In this document: in pieces, positions 41,971 through 56,139 of the stretch | How the letters are laid out: the number at the start of each line of letters is the position of its first letter | Position numbering within the stretch: the first letter of the stretch is position 1 | Assembly (NCBI RefSeq): GCF_006345805.1 | Contig: NC_043000.1 | Span: 162,068,001 to 162,132,000, forward strand | DNA: 64,000 bases | Direction of reading: 5' to 3' | Source of the DNA: Octopus sinensis | Lineage: Eukaryota | The notes under the pieces: generated by a model | What the model was told of the DNA's origin: nothing | Databases searched by the model: none | What the model saw: the letters and a program-made list of their open reading frames with translations, nothing else | Position numbers and translations under genes: made by a program

Positions 41971-44526
41971 TAATATATTCAACGCCATCAACAAATATTT
42001 CAATTTTATTTGTTGAAGTGTTCTGACGAAAACAGATGTCACTATAAAATAGCTATTTTATATTTAATTGGCAGTCTTAATACAGTAAAATAATTATAAA
42101 ATAGTGAAGGAATGAGATATATATTTCACATTCGTTATGAATGGGAACAAATACAATAGAACTAACGATGGTCTGTAATGAGTAAATAGTAAGTATAAAT
42201 GTTTGAGAATTTTACGTAAAATTGTTGTTGAGTTTTAACTGCGTCTTTCTGACTTCAACTACATTTCTCATTCATATATACACATCGAAAAAGCTCTATA
42301 ACCGTAACACGATCTCAGTGGTTGGAATTAACAGCAAGTTCGTCTAATGCAGATATTACTAAACCTTATCGCACACTACAATTGAGAGACTGATTCACAA
42401 AGCATTTAATCAGTGGTACAATTCAATGGAACGCTTTGACAAAAGAAAAAAAAAAAAAGATCAGGCAGTCAGACTGTCAACTCAAACACGGTCAAAAACT
42501 TTTCTTAATACCAAATGCAACGACCTGTTTTCACCTAAGTCGCTATCAATAATGGAACTTTGGGACCAGATTTGGGTAGATCTGGCTTTATGAATATCAT
42601 AATGGTTTCTGAGAAAATAAATATACATGAAAAATGATTTGTCAGTATGTCACGAACTTGTACGGGATATTTGATTGTCTTAATTTAATCTTGTATAGTC
42701 AATTAAATTAAGACCAGTAGATACCCGGTAATCTTAACCGATTTATGAAACTAAATATGGAATAATTGAGCGCGCTAATCATCTATATGAATTGCTTCTT
42801 TATCCTAGTTTTTGACTGGATAAAAGCGATTAATTACTAACATCAATAAGGAGAGAATGGCATCTTGCTTTATTAAACCACCAACATTTCTAACAAACCC
42901 AATCTAAAAAACTACGAGTTTTACTCATTTCAAGCAACTCCCAGTAATATGAAATCGAATTCTTATTACCGCAACAAATCTAGCTTCATGTACTTTTACT
43001 CGACTATTATATTACCACTAACAGCACTACCATAACTGCCGCAATATAAAAACTGTTTTGTAGAAATAATTTGGGCATCAGCGTTTCCCTGAGACTTGTG
43101 GATCAATTGTGGATTCTTTTGGTCACCACTTATTGTCATGCCATTATAGTGCTGGCCATCTCCCACGTCATGCTGCTCTCAATCAGATCATAAAGGCCTA
43201 GACGCCGCAGACTGCCCCTTCTAGCTCAAGCCAGCGGGCTGGAGTGAAGAAACGGCAAAAAGCAGGATGACATGATTTTCCCATTCAACGGGGTAGGTGC
43301 CTTATCTGGGATGCCACACGTTACGACACTGTCTCCAACGGCAACCTGGTGTGTTCGGCTGCCAACTCAGGATTCGCTGTTCATCAAGCCAAGAAGGGCT
43401 AATAGTCAAAGTATCGGTCGCTTTCTGACAAATGGAGTCGCTTTAGCCAAATGGAGTCCTTCGATTTTCTTGGCCCGAACTGCATCTCTGCTCGCTGCTA
43501 TCCGGGAAGAGATGGCTACTATCAGCAAGTGCGAGCCCCGTGAGCTGGAGTGACTGTTCCAGTGCATCTCTCTCGCCATCCTCTGGTGCAACGCCTTTTT
43601 AGTTTTGCCTGTCGGGAACATGAGGCGAGTTGACAAGTCTTACGTCTCTTAAATAAAATGCCTTTTAGCACAATAGTCTATAATATGATGCTCATTGTGA
43701 TGGGATTAAGTTGTTGAAAGAGATCTGAAATCAGTTTTAAGACATCGGGAGGCAAAGTGAAGAGGAGGTTGTCTGAAATCACTCCACAACGACGACAACA
43801 GTTTCATTCTTAAAAAGTCTGCTGTCGAATTGAAAGTATGTTTGATTCATTGTGTGGGCGCCAACATTGATAATGAAGGGCAAATTTGAACCTGTTGACA
43901 TTTAATGTCAAAGTAGAGGAGCGCCATTCTCTATAGTTCGTTAACAATATCTACAATTTCCAGTTGTGACATACGGTAGAGGTCAGGTTTATTCGACTGT
44001 ATCGATCCCGGCAATGTAGAACGGCAAAACCAGTCCCAGTGTAATTTGAATTCAAAATGTATCAATATCGGAGCGCATTTAAGTAAGAGTAAGGTATTCT
44101 ATCGATTCAGTCATGCATTGACATTTATTAAAGGCATGCATAATAATATCGGGAAACAACCAAAAATTTGTGGGGTGAGGTACAGTGGTTTGTATCGGTT
44201 TCATAGAGATGAGATGAAAGGAAAAAGTCGACAACAGCAGGGTTTGAACTTAGATTATGAAAGGATCTAGCTAAATACACCGAAAACATTTTGTAACACT
44301 CTTTTGATTCAACCATCCTCGACCAATAGAGCATTTAAGAAAAAAGTTTTACATGGGCCCATTTTGTGATATATATAAGATAAAAGAGGAACTGAACGAT
44401 TATAAAAAGAGGAACAAAACGAAAGTTCAGAAATGTGTTAAAATGGAACATTATAAAGAACATTTTAAAGCAAAACAAAGTATAGCAACAGCAACATAAT
44501 AAATAATAATAATAATAATACTTTAC

Positions 44527-44992
44527 CTATGTAGACAGGTGCCGTCCGAACTGATAAGTTCTCATCCAGGTAAGTTACTCCGAGTGTATAAAGAGGAGAA
44601 GCACCGGCCCCGTGTAGTAACTGACCCAAAAAGAACAAGTATTTGTAGTTCGATAAGGTCTTCACTGATTCGCCCATAATACAGTGAAGAACACTAGTAC
44701 CGTTCGATAACGAAGTCTCTGTACATACATTCTGTGTGGTAACATATTTATAGTTGCCGCTGAGGAAGTGTGGCAAACTGAACATAAATGATCCGATACC
44801 CATGACAAAAACGCCGATACCTAGATAACGAGGTTTCCGACCAAGTCCTCCAAAGTAGCTAATTGGTATAAGACACACAACCGATGCTATGTCGTAGCAG
44901 CTTGCAATTGTTCCCGATTCTGTACTCGACAAGTCGTAGCGCCGTTCTATATTTGAAATGACCACATTTACAAAACCATTCACCACCATACC
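44527..44992 (-). CDS. SLCO4A1-like: SLCO/OATP organic anion transporter (SLCO4A1/4C1-like), first coding exon found in window
   Basis: Translates GMVVNGFVNVVISNIERRYDLSSTESGTIASCYDIASVVCLIPISYFGG...LGQLLHGAGASPLYTLGVTYLDEN, matching OATP N-terminal motifs (IERRYDL, SYFGG, G.TY.DEN). Acceptor ttaacAG|GGT, donor ATAG|GTaaag; 466 nt, phase 0 to 1. Confidence 0.95.
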
Positions 44993-46309
44993 CTGTTAAC
45001 GAGAAAAAAAGGAGAAAAGAAAATCAAATTCAAGCAAATAAAAACAGTGTTAAATATTGGTCCTCTTTAGATCGAGGACAAACAATCCTTTTTAATATTG
45101 GACACTGCATGGCATTTGTATATTTTCTAAAATAATGCTATCGTAAATGTTTGAAATGAAGATTGTAACAGCCTTAGTTTTGGTATATTTATTTTCATAT
45201 ACGATTCATTTATATTTTAGTTCGCAATTTGGGAAATAACGATGTCGTGGCTTATGTTTCCAACTAGTTCACTGCAGTTACGACAAGTGGTACAAGGAAG
45301 CGTCTGTGCAACTCGGGGAATTTATTCGAAAGCACAGGCTTATGAGGTTTTTTCACTGATAAACATACATTACACACACACGATAGTTTATATTACACAA
45401 ATTTCACTCAAAAGGTAGAAGGTCAGCTGGAAGCTATGACAGAAAACACTCCCACCCAGTGCCCTGCAGTGGAATCGAACTCAGAAATGCGTAGTTACAA
45501 AGTAAAGCTCTTAATCGCAAAGTCATGCTAGAAACTTACCTTTTCCTTGGGGGATGAAACCTCAGACGAACAACTTGATCCGAAATATCAACAATCATTT
45601 CTCACGGTATACAAACTTAAGCAAATTTAAGAAAATTACTAAATTACTAAGTAGTTTTGACAATGCAGAAAACACACACACACACACTAAGTTCTCCATT
45701 TCACCATACACTTAACTGCTAACATTTTATTTTCTTGCTTCGATATAAGCGCGCACATGAACAGCAAAAAGTAGCATACACTAATGACTACACTCTGGTA
45801 CAGTACTGATACTGCTTTGACTGGCTCGAATTTCTTCATAATTTACAGCTATAGATTAAATGCAAAACTTACGTTTGTACATAAGATGTAACCATTAATT
45901 TCAAAGATGAGTATAGAATTTCATGTTGAGACAGGTATAGGTGAGGTTCATATCTTTTTTAAGATCGTTAGAAATGCAACTGAATGGAAATTGTTGCAGA
46001 AGCCGAGTCACTGGAGACTCACTGAATGCTTTATTCGTATCAGTTTTAAACATACGCTTCTTTTGATTTGGCATAAATATTTCATTATGTTTGCTGTTTA
46101 TATTTGTCGGGTTGGTGGTCTCATCTCGATTACTGATTTTACTACGTTTCGGCTGTTCTACGGTCCAGTATTCTTCAGGTGTTTTGTATTGAACTAAATT
46201 GTATCAGGATTTCGAACCCAAACCTTTATTTGATCAACAGGGATACAACTGTTCTCATTCCGCGCTCTGCATTTTGTGCCATTTTTGGTTCATTTGATTT
46301 TGTGCGTGA

Positions 46310-46366
46310 ATTACTTTGAAGAAGACTGGGGCGTACAACAGTCGAAACGTAGTGAAAGCAACAATC
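46310..46366 (+). ncRNA. Degenerate minimal hammerhead-like motif
   Basis: ttac-tTTGAAGA-A-GACTG-gggcgtacaa-CAGTC-GAAAC-GTA-GTGA; inverted sibling on minus at about 46138-46183. Confidence 0.45.
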
Positions 46367-46890
46367 AAGATTAGGACCCTAGTCCGTCTAATATAAAGAA
46401 TATATAGTATCAGTTCCTCATCTTAGAAATATAGAACTGTATTTTATATTTTAACAGGAGAAACTAAAAGTGAAATCCTTCCTCGATATGTGAAAAGGAT
46501 CCTCCTCCGACGAGCATTAAGCATACATGTGAAACGTAACGATCAGGCCCTTTCATAATCAATATGTAGAGGGAAAAAAAGTCGTTAAATGGTTGCTTTG
46601 TGTCATTTGTCGTTCCTTCTACTACAATAACAGAAATAAAATATTTCATCTAAATCGAAACAACGTGACGAAATTGTGTTCCAAACTTCTAGTAGCATTT
46701 TGGAATGTTACCCATAAACTTACTCTTCAGTTGCCTTCTATTAAAGAAACTCTCACAGCGAATAGCTCCAATTTCTTATTTTACGACCTGGCTTTTAAAA
46801 TTCAGGTGCTTTTACCAGTTAACCAGAACAGATTTCACGCTTCCTTAATCGTATACTCTTACTTGAATTTATCATTCAATGACACGGCAG

Positions 46891-46939
<49 letters not shown>

Positions 46940-48974
46940 TCACGTGTTAGATGCCATAAAAACCATTTGAGTTTGTTTATCTTAAAGATTACTTGAAGAA
47001 GACTTCTACAAGAAAGTTGGCGAAAGAAATAGAAAGTGCTTTCGCGTGCTATGTGTGTGTTTGTGTGAGGGGGTGTCGTGTGCTGTGCGCCATGAGAGTG
47101 TGTGACGTGTGTGCGCGCCATGTGACGTGTGCGTGTGTGTGTGTACCGTGTGACACGTGTGTGTGACATATGTGCGCGCGTGAGAGCCGCGCATCCGTAT
47201 GTGTGTGACGTGTATGTATGTGTGCATGTGTTTATATGCGTGTGTTTGTATGTGTGTGTTTGTATATGTGTGTGTTTGTATGTGTGTGTGTTTGTATGTG
47301 TGTGTGTTTGTATGTGTGTGTGTTTGTATGTGTGTGTGTATATGCCGTGTGACTAAGACGTTGCTTAGACATATGAGTGAGAAAGATAGAGTACATTGCG
47401 AGAGAAAGAGAGTACATTGCGAGAGAAAGAGAGTACGTTGTGTGTGTAAGAGAGAGTACACTGAACGAGAGTGTACGGTATGTGTATGTGAGAGAGAGGG
47501 GGGGATTATGTTGTGCGCGTGTGAGAGAGTACGTTGTGCGCATGTGGGAATTTTCAGTGTGTGTGTGTGTGTGTGAAAATAAGATCAGGCGATAAGTTTG
47601 GACAGCGAGAAAGAAAAAATTCACGGTATTATGGTTCCGTTCCCTTTAATCAGAAAGAACGGAACACCGTTAGCAGTGAATGTAGTTAGTGAATGGTGCG
47701 AGTTTGCATGTTTGCGTGTTAGTGTATATATGTGTGAGTGTGCATGCATATAATGTACAAACAGGTGAGAAATGAAATAAATGGGATTGCCGTGAGAAAG
47801 ATTAAATGTGTAACATTTCTGCCAGTACTTTTCATCGGGGAGCAAAAGTTTCTAAGGGTAATGAATATAAACACGGAGAAAGATATATCAGAAAATACTC
47901 TTTTTTGTACACTTGGTATTGCCGCCCACGCCTCACAAGAAACGAATTTATTACACATTTTTCATTGATTATACTCTTTGATCGCCGGCACATTGCTAGT
48001 TCTCTAATATCTTATTCATTACTTAAAATATATTTTTCCAATTTGTACGCGCGTTCGTGGCCTTCTTTCTCCTTCTTTATAGGTAATATTAGGATAAAAA
48101 TAACATTTACGATTAACACACGCCCACAAAGGCTGTCCTCCAGCATGCCGAGAGCCGAGTTTACTTAAACTAAGAAACGAAATAAATAAACTTTTAGCGA
48201 TATTTTTGTCATTGCGATATCAAAATAACCATATATCGCGCAAACTCATTGCTTTCTTTTCAAAACGATCCGCAAATGAATTTGTACGTTTATTGGTTTT
48301 TCATATTAATTACTTTAATAAATTCAATAACTTTCTGTAATGTCATTTATATGACAGCCTCATTATTAGAAGCAATATAGATTTCTAACAGATACTTTCA
48401 GGATGCAGCAAATAAAACAATGATATACACCTAAATATTGCTGTTAATATCTAAGCAAAAAGTTTATATAAATATTTATTATGTAAATATTTTATTAAAT
48501 GAGAATATATTATGGCACATACATATATTATATGAACAAATAACACATGCAAATAATTGCTCCCATCCTCTTCTGCTTCTAAATATCCCATTTCTTTTTT
48601 GCTTCTTTGTATTTGAATGTTGTAATTTAAAATGTTCAAATTGTTCTTCATTTAAACACGAGGCCAGCAATTTTGAGGGGAGGGGTTAGACGATGCCATT
48701 GACCCTAGTTCTAGATCGGTACATATTTTACCAATTCTGGAAGAATGAAAGGCGAAGTTAAGTTTGATGGAGTTTGAACATACAACCTAATGAACACCAG
48801 CAATACGTATCCCCCCTCCGCCCTCGGATGATTTTGACTGTTCACCTTAAGCAAGAAAGCAAACTGCATACATACATACATTACATGGTGTGTGTATATG
48901 TGTGTGCGTGCGCGCGCACATTTTCTTTTTCACTAGTTTCACTCGAGAGCTGCGACAATGCTACATTTTGCAAC

Positions 48975-49835
48975 ACTTGAAACCACCTTTGATATGTGGC
49001 ATTTGGTGAATGAGAAAGTTTGATGTTGCTGCCCCCATTTGCGTTTCTTGCCGTGATGTAGGCTTATCCGGAATTCTTGACAGGAGATCCAGTTTTACTT
49101 CGATCATACCTACATCTACCCCATGTAGGTCTCTCAAGCTCCTTGGGAGGATATTGAAGGCCTGTAGGCCCTTGAAACCCAAACTGTTGCAGTATCTGGT
49201 CCTGTAACCCGATGGCAATGGTGGAATATTTGGCACTATGCAGTGGCGCCCGTTCTGTTGTTAATGCAATATTCAATGCCAAAGTTCTTACAAGTTCTTC
49301 TACGATTTTCTAGATGTATATCACTGCATATTTTTTCTGCCTTCTTTCTAAGGAGTAGAGTTAACTTTTTCAGCCTCTCCTAATAGCTGACATGTCGCAT
49401 TGTCATGATCTTTCTTGAGCTTCGTTGGATTGCTTCGAGTTCCACCGTTAATTTTACAGTGTGGTAACCATAGCTGGTGGAAGTAGTCTAAACGGCTGAG
49501 GACAAAAGCCCTCCAGACGACCATAATGGTTTATTGTTCTCAAGTTCTGAAAGTTCTAAGGATGCAGCCCACCAGCTACCTGCATTTTCTCGCCAACTCA
49601 TATGCACCTGGAAAGATGCGTCATTACTCATATCATTACCTGGGTCGAGCACTGATTTTGACTCAGGGATTGCAATCCCTTCAGAATCAGTGTATCGTCT
49701 GAATTTTATTCAGTTTCCTGTACTGGTAGCGCAGAGATTGGAAATTTCAAGCATTAAGCTGGGCGTTATTGTCAGCCTACCTGTATATTACGTCCATCTC
49801 CTGTTGCAGGTGCACAACATTTCCAGGATTCTGCA
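48975..49835 (-). pseudogene. CR1-like LINE 3' relic
   Basis: NSLGFKGLQAFNILPRSLRDL...LDLLSRIPDKP, typical ORF2 C-terminus; frameshifted upstream. Confidence 0.7.
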
Positions 49836-51087
49836 TCCTCTCTCTCTCTCTCTCACACTTTCACACACACACACACACACATACACACACAAACACACAC
49901 ACACAAATGTGCTAAGCAGTGATGTCTATAAATGCACACCTGTTGCCAGTTTAAATATGCATATTCGAACTTGTAAGAAGGTCAAAGTCAATCGCTATAT
50001 TTTGTCATGGAGAAAATTTATCAACAGACCAAATTAGTTCGCAGCGCCTTCTAACCATACTGCAGAATACATGCATTTCGGTGTGGTTATCTCTTCTTCA
50101 GTACCCGAGACCGGAAAGGTAGACGCTGCGAACTGAAAAGCTTATATTTGATGTGTTTACAGTTGTCTGTCTTCAGCGAGAAATTTTCTCCAAGATAAAA
50201 TACAGTGAATTGCTCTTTTCCATGTACGTATATGCCTCATGCATACTTGAACTGGTTTGTTTGTATTTGTCAAAAAGTAATATTTATGACCACATCATAA
50301 AAAATTTATAAGCCCAATCAATATTTACATGCTATAATTCATAGCTTTATGTGAGCCCTGAGAGCCATTATTAAAAAACAAAAATATTACATGTTCTTTA
50401 GAAAGTTTATAAAATGTTTGTGACGTCTACAATATACAATATATACACACACATACAGAGAGAGAGAGAGAGAAGAAGGAAGATAGAGAATCAATTTATG
50501 ACTGTATAGTCTTAAATTTAGAACCCATGTAAATATTACTCATTCAAGCATGGAAATTAAAGGTACCTATGCATTACAGTTTCAAACCATTCGTCAATTA
50601 TAAATAATTTGGAGAAAATATTAGTATTTATCCTCCATCAAATACGCGGTTTTAACGTCGACTGTGAATAGGAGCAACAGGCGCAAAAGTTCAACAACGA
50701 TAATGGAAAAAAAAATTAAAAGAATATCTATGAAAAAGATCGCAGAAATGTGACGACATTTATGGCACCAAGAAATAAATGAAAAGTGATGATAAATGTT
50801 TTTCGTAATATCTTAAAGTGAAATGGTCCTTCCATGATGAGACTGCTTCAGTTTCAATACACTCTTTACACGAAATCACCTGCTAAGTAATACTACTCCA
50901 AAATACATGTGTGTGTTTGTATGTGTATAACTAATTAGTTGGCCGATTATTATTTACCAGTTGAATGAATAAAGTGAAATATTTCATATAACATACACAT
51001 ACTTGGATTCCTTTTAGTATATACCATTTTTTAAACTTTTAAGATATAAGACATACACCAAGGTTTCAATAGAAGAAACCAAGTTAA

Positions 51088-51281
51088 TGGGGACAAACAA
51101 GGACAGACAAACGGATTAAGTCGATTACATCGACCCCAGTGCGTAACTGGTACTTAATTTATCGACTCCGAAAGGATGAAAGGCAAAGTCGACCTCGAAG
51201 GAATTTGAACTCACAACGTAACGGCAGACGAAATACGGCTACGCATTTCGCCCGTCGTGCTAACGTTTCTTGCCAGCTCGC
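51088..51281 (-). mobile_element. SINE family 1, 3'-truncated
   Basis: Family 1 head and core present. Confidence 0.85.
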
Positions 51282-52104
51282 AACCCTATGTTAGTATATT
51301 TAATATAGTTTATCCAGTTAATACTAATGTCGTGTTTGCCAAAATGATAAAATATCAGTCTTTGAGCTAGTTTTCTTTTCCCCTCGCTGTATAATGTATT
51401 TCTCATTAGTTATCTTAATATTCATTACGTTAAATATGTTAGCACTAAAATTATAATTGTTTTCTAATTTCCTTCTTTCATGTTCCCTACTTTAAACATG
51501 CTAATACTAACGTAACTAAATATTTAATCGCTTTATTTCTCTCTACATTCTATTGGGGGGAACTTTTTAAATAGTACCGGCTCGAACGGGGTTATTTTGG
51601 TGCTAAACAAACAAGATATCGGTAGTTTGTGACCTTTCTGTGTCATAGTGAGAAATGTGAACAGACGCATACATATATAAAATATGTTTAAAACTAAATA
51701 CCAGCATATGAACTAAATTATATTTGCAATTTACAAATATATCTCAGTTACTGTATTTAGAAGTCTATTCAACTCTTTGATGTTGATCATATCAATATTA
51801 ATACATTTTATCACGAAATATTACATTGCGTGATATCACATTTCGTGATTTGATGTCATAAACTACATATGACTAACGTTATTAGTCTATTGATCAGATA
51901 TCGTCACGTGCAATTATTCATGCGTCTTATATAGTATTAAGAATGTGGGCTTAGCAGTAAATAGAGCAAGATTTTGACTCTTGGGATTAGTTACCATTTT
52001 TGTTTCGTGAATTCGCATAATTTGTAAGACTAACTCAGTATCAATCAGCCCAGTTCAAATAAAACTATAATTAGAAGCGTTTCAGTCGTGATAATATTTG
52101 CTTT

Positions 52105-52135
<31 letters not shown>

Positions 52136-52850
52136 AGAAAGCTCGGGTGTATTTCACAAAAGATTCGAATGCTATTTCTTTGGAATTGAGCGACCGGGTA
52201 TAGGTTTCATTATACCTAAGGTACAACTACACGCAAAGCATTTAGACTTGTGCTGTGTGTTAAAGAAAAAGATTTTGTTGCATTCCATAACATTAAAATT
52301 CTAGAAAGGCAAAGTAATTAGGTTTTGAAGAAAAACGGTCTATCAAATACAATATTAATGTTTAAACAAAGATGAAAAGGGATGAAAAGGGGGTGGGGGT
52401 TAAGATGAATATGTTACTATAAATGCAAATATCAAATGACATGCATTGATGCGATTAGAAGGGGCGTGTCGATATACCTTTTTATCTATGTTAGATTTTA
52501 TAAAAAGGCAATTGCCATCTTCTATTTCATATCTATGATATTCAATTTAATTTACATACGCGGTGCGGCTTAAATCACAAATAGCACATTATAACTTCGA
52601 AGCAATTCACTGACAATACATCCGCAATTTATATGCCTTTTAAGGACATCTTAAACGATGGACAAGATCTTAGTTAACGGTTTTTGATACTGCCACAGTT
52701 TAGGCGAAGGAATAATTGCGAAAAATATTTAAAACGGGCCCTGGGAGTAACGAAAGGCAGCTATAGTTACGATAAAAGAAACAGCCAGGTAACTAAGCTC
52801 AGTATGTGTGTGTGATGGATGAGGCATGAAGGGTGATGCACCGTTTAGAT

Positions 52851-52976
52851 CAGGGGCCTCCAAACTTTTTAGACTATTGACCCCTAATCGACCCCCAGGC
52901 ATGCACTTAATAATAATTAAGTAGATGTGCATTTATCGACCCCTTGAATAGTCCCATCACCCACAGGTGATCCCTG
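52851..52976. mobile_element. hAT-type MITE
   Basis: Ends CAGGG...CCCTG, perfect 8-bp TSD gtttagat (52843-52850, 52977-52984). Confidence 0.82.
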
Positions 52977-54977
52977 GTTTAGATATTCAGCAACAGGAAT
53001 CTATTATTTTTTCTCCATAGCAATGAACTTTAACAAATATTATTAAATGCCCCAATTGTTTCTGGTTATAGTTTTCCGGAAAATTTGTACCCTTGGGGTG
53101 GATATAATCGACTAGCCCCCTCCCCATAGATTTCAGGCCTTGTACCTATAGTAGATTATTATTATTATTATTATTTGGAATGGAGGAGCTGATGTCGTCA
53201 AGCAAATTTTATGGAGATTGGGTTATTGTAGCAAAATTGGCGTGGCCCAATTTGGTCAACTAACTTGGCATCTACAGACTAGCATTAAGAACTGGTAGTA
53301 GGTACACTTTTTTTTTTATCTATTACGAGGGAAGGTAAACGCCAATGACCCTTTACAGAGCCTCCTAAGCTGTTGGGAAGGAAGGCAAAACTTATTCTGA
53401 AATCGAGAACCTGGCCCGAATGAATGTATCAGTGGGTACTTCTCTTGAGGTGCTAGCTATCAAATTAAGTTTACTGCCCAAGTTGAACATGGCGGAATTC
53501 GAACTCAGAATGCAAAATACCGAACAAATATTGCAAGGTATCTAATCCGATGTCCTTACATTTCTGGCAGTCTATTGCTCCGGGTTTGTTATTTCTTTCA
53601 CTGACTCCATCAAAATATAGAAGATAAAAGTTGATCTCAGCGGATTTTGAAACCACTGCGAAGAGTCGGAAATCGCCTATGGTTTGCGTCATGAGTAATC
53701 AAGAATTGTATGTGGGGGCTCCCCACATTTTGAAAATCATACATAAGCGCGCCCACGCACGCACGCACGAACACTATATAAATGGCGGTTTTCTAACTGT
53801 TTATGTATGTATGAATGTATGCATGAAAGAGCGTGCAGAAATTTAATTTGGAAATTTATATGGATCGTAGTGGTGTAACTAATTGAAGAACGGTGTTCTT
53901 TTATCGTGTTTTGATAGTCATTTGGGAGCAATTTCATTTAATGCTTGTGGTTAATAACTTTAGAGAGATAACACGAATATCGCATTACAGCTTTCTACAT
54001 AGATACCTCTATAGATCTACAACTTCATTACTGTCAGAATTCATGTGATCAATTAGAAGTGGTTTATTGTATCACATGAGTATACAGTGCAGCAAATAAA
54101 CGGTCGATGTTGGGGTAGAAAAGGATATTTGTGGTGCTAAAAGCTACAAAACTGATCGGTTTAGGGTGTCGAGCACCTGTTGTGGTAGACTGATTCGGAG
54201 ACCTTAAAAGTATACAAAGACTACATCTCAAAAGACTATGCCTTCAAAGAAAATATTTCAGCTTTAATTAATTATTATAACTAAAGATCCCAAGTTAGAC
54301 AGATTAATGTTCATATTTTTAGGTCATTCTGATGCTATTACACACACACACACACACTCTATTCTCAAGAAAGAGCAACTTTCTGGATCAAAGAGCAACT
54401 TTCTGGTCCTTTTCTATTGACCAATGCTGGCTGTTGTTGTCGGAGTTTCTTATGCATTTCATTCATTTGCAGACAGTAATTCTCCGCCGTAATGGTTCCA
54501 CTTGGATCCAAAAAGCTGTGATGGATGAGGTGCTTGGTATCAAATTAAGTTTTCTGCCCAAGTTGAACAACAAAGAGCAACTTTCTGGATCACAGAAGCA
54601 AAGTTTCATCTCTGATGTTATACAGCAAGTGCATTCGTTCCTGTTCCCCTGAAGTATCTGGTTATTTATTACCTGCAGCTTAAACCACTATATAAGTTCC
54701 TCCTCGCCACTCCAACAACATCTTATCTCTCCTTCATAGCCCGCACTAAACGCTTTTCTCCAAATATTTCTCTACAGAATTGCAGCACTCTAGAAGACTT
54801 CCGCACTCCAGAGGTTTCTCCCGTAGTCGTCGATTTAATAGAAGTTCAAATTGAACATCGATCACATTAATTTTACGGAATCGATGAGGACTGTAACGTG
54901 TCATGGGTAAAATTCCTGAGAAAGTAAACTCAGTAAAGAACAAAGGATTGGACTGAGTACATAAGGAATAAATATTC

Positions 54978-55019
<42 letters not shown>

Positions 55020-55845
55020 TTAATGCATCTTCAATAAATGCAGCAGGCTCGCCATGTATAAATACCCCGGTAGTTTGGGAGGTAGTCAGCATGAATATAG
55101 TAAAATTGAAAATATAAATCATTAAAACAATACTCGAAAATTATTTTGGAAAGAAAATCTTACGCACCCATCCATATACAATCTGCGGGAACAAATTGAC
55201 GCTGAATGAGTTATTCTTCCCTTTACACATCAAGGAAGCATCTGACGCTATTATAGGGTACATATACTAGCACATATATGCATAACACAGACACACACAC
55301 ACACACATATTAGTATTTATAATGAAAATATTAGCTCAATCATGAGTGAAAACCACACTCGCAATGTAACACAGACACGCTTCTCACATTGTAAAGACAC
55401 TGAATGAAAAGGCAGAATTATTTTTGTCTTTATTTCCATTAAATTTAATGCATTAAACAGCTGAATACAGGATTAATAGTTTTGCGCTTCATATAAACGT
55501 TGGGTTTGAAAAACACAGGAAATTGTGTCTAACACCAAATTAGTAACCATTTACTGAATTATATACGCTTAATTCCATGCATTAAATTGACATTTTATAA
55601 TGATTTTAAAATTAACGTTTTATGTATTTAATAATTAATATTAAGTTTATTCTGAGCGAGTATAGTGTATCTGTTCAGATAGGTGGCACATCTCCCACAC
55701 ACATGTATACACACTACGGATATTTAAGACTATAAACGCTAGGATAATGAACTCTGTGAAAAATGTCTGTGAAAAAATAGTAAATAAAAGTATTATGTCT
55801 TTTGGAAAAAGTAGACGAATGAGTAACTAAACTGGACGTGATGGT

Positions 55846-55993
55846 CAGGGCCGGCCCTAGGGTTGCTGGCACTCCGGGCAAGCTGAACTTCGGTGTATAC
55901 ATCCTGACGGTCTTGGAAATTTCCTTGTCTTTGTCATGCCTTCCTTGGCACTCCGGGCGACTGCCTGAATTGCCGGTACCTTGAACCGGCCTG
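55846..55993. mobile_element. hAT-type MITE
   Basis: TIR cagggccgg...ccggcctg; 8-bp TSD gtgatggt/gtgattgt (7/8 match); internal repeat ggcactccgggc. Confidence 0.78.
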
Positions 55994-56139
55994 GTGATTG
56001 TGGTGGGGATTTGGACGGCTGTGTGTGTGTGTGTGTGTGTGTGAAAGACAGAGAAAGAGAGTGTGTGGGTGTGTGGCCGCATCTAATCTAGGTCAAGGAA
56101 AGTTACAATGAAGTATTTAACTTAATGTATTCGTCCTCA

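Noticed and set aside
43075-43650. GC-richer block with 76-93 aa ORFs
   Set aside because: No recognisable protein motif or splice structure; probably a retroelement fragment that I cannot classify.
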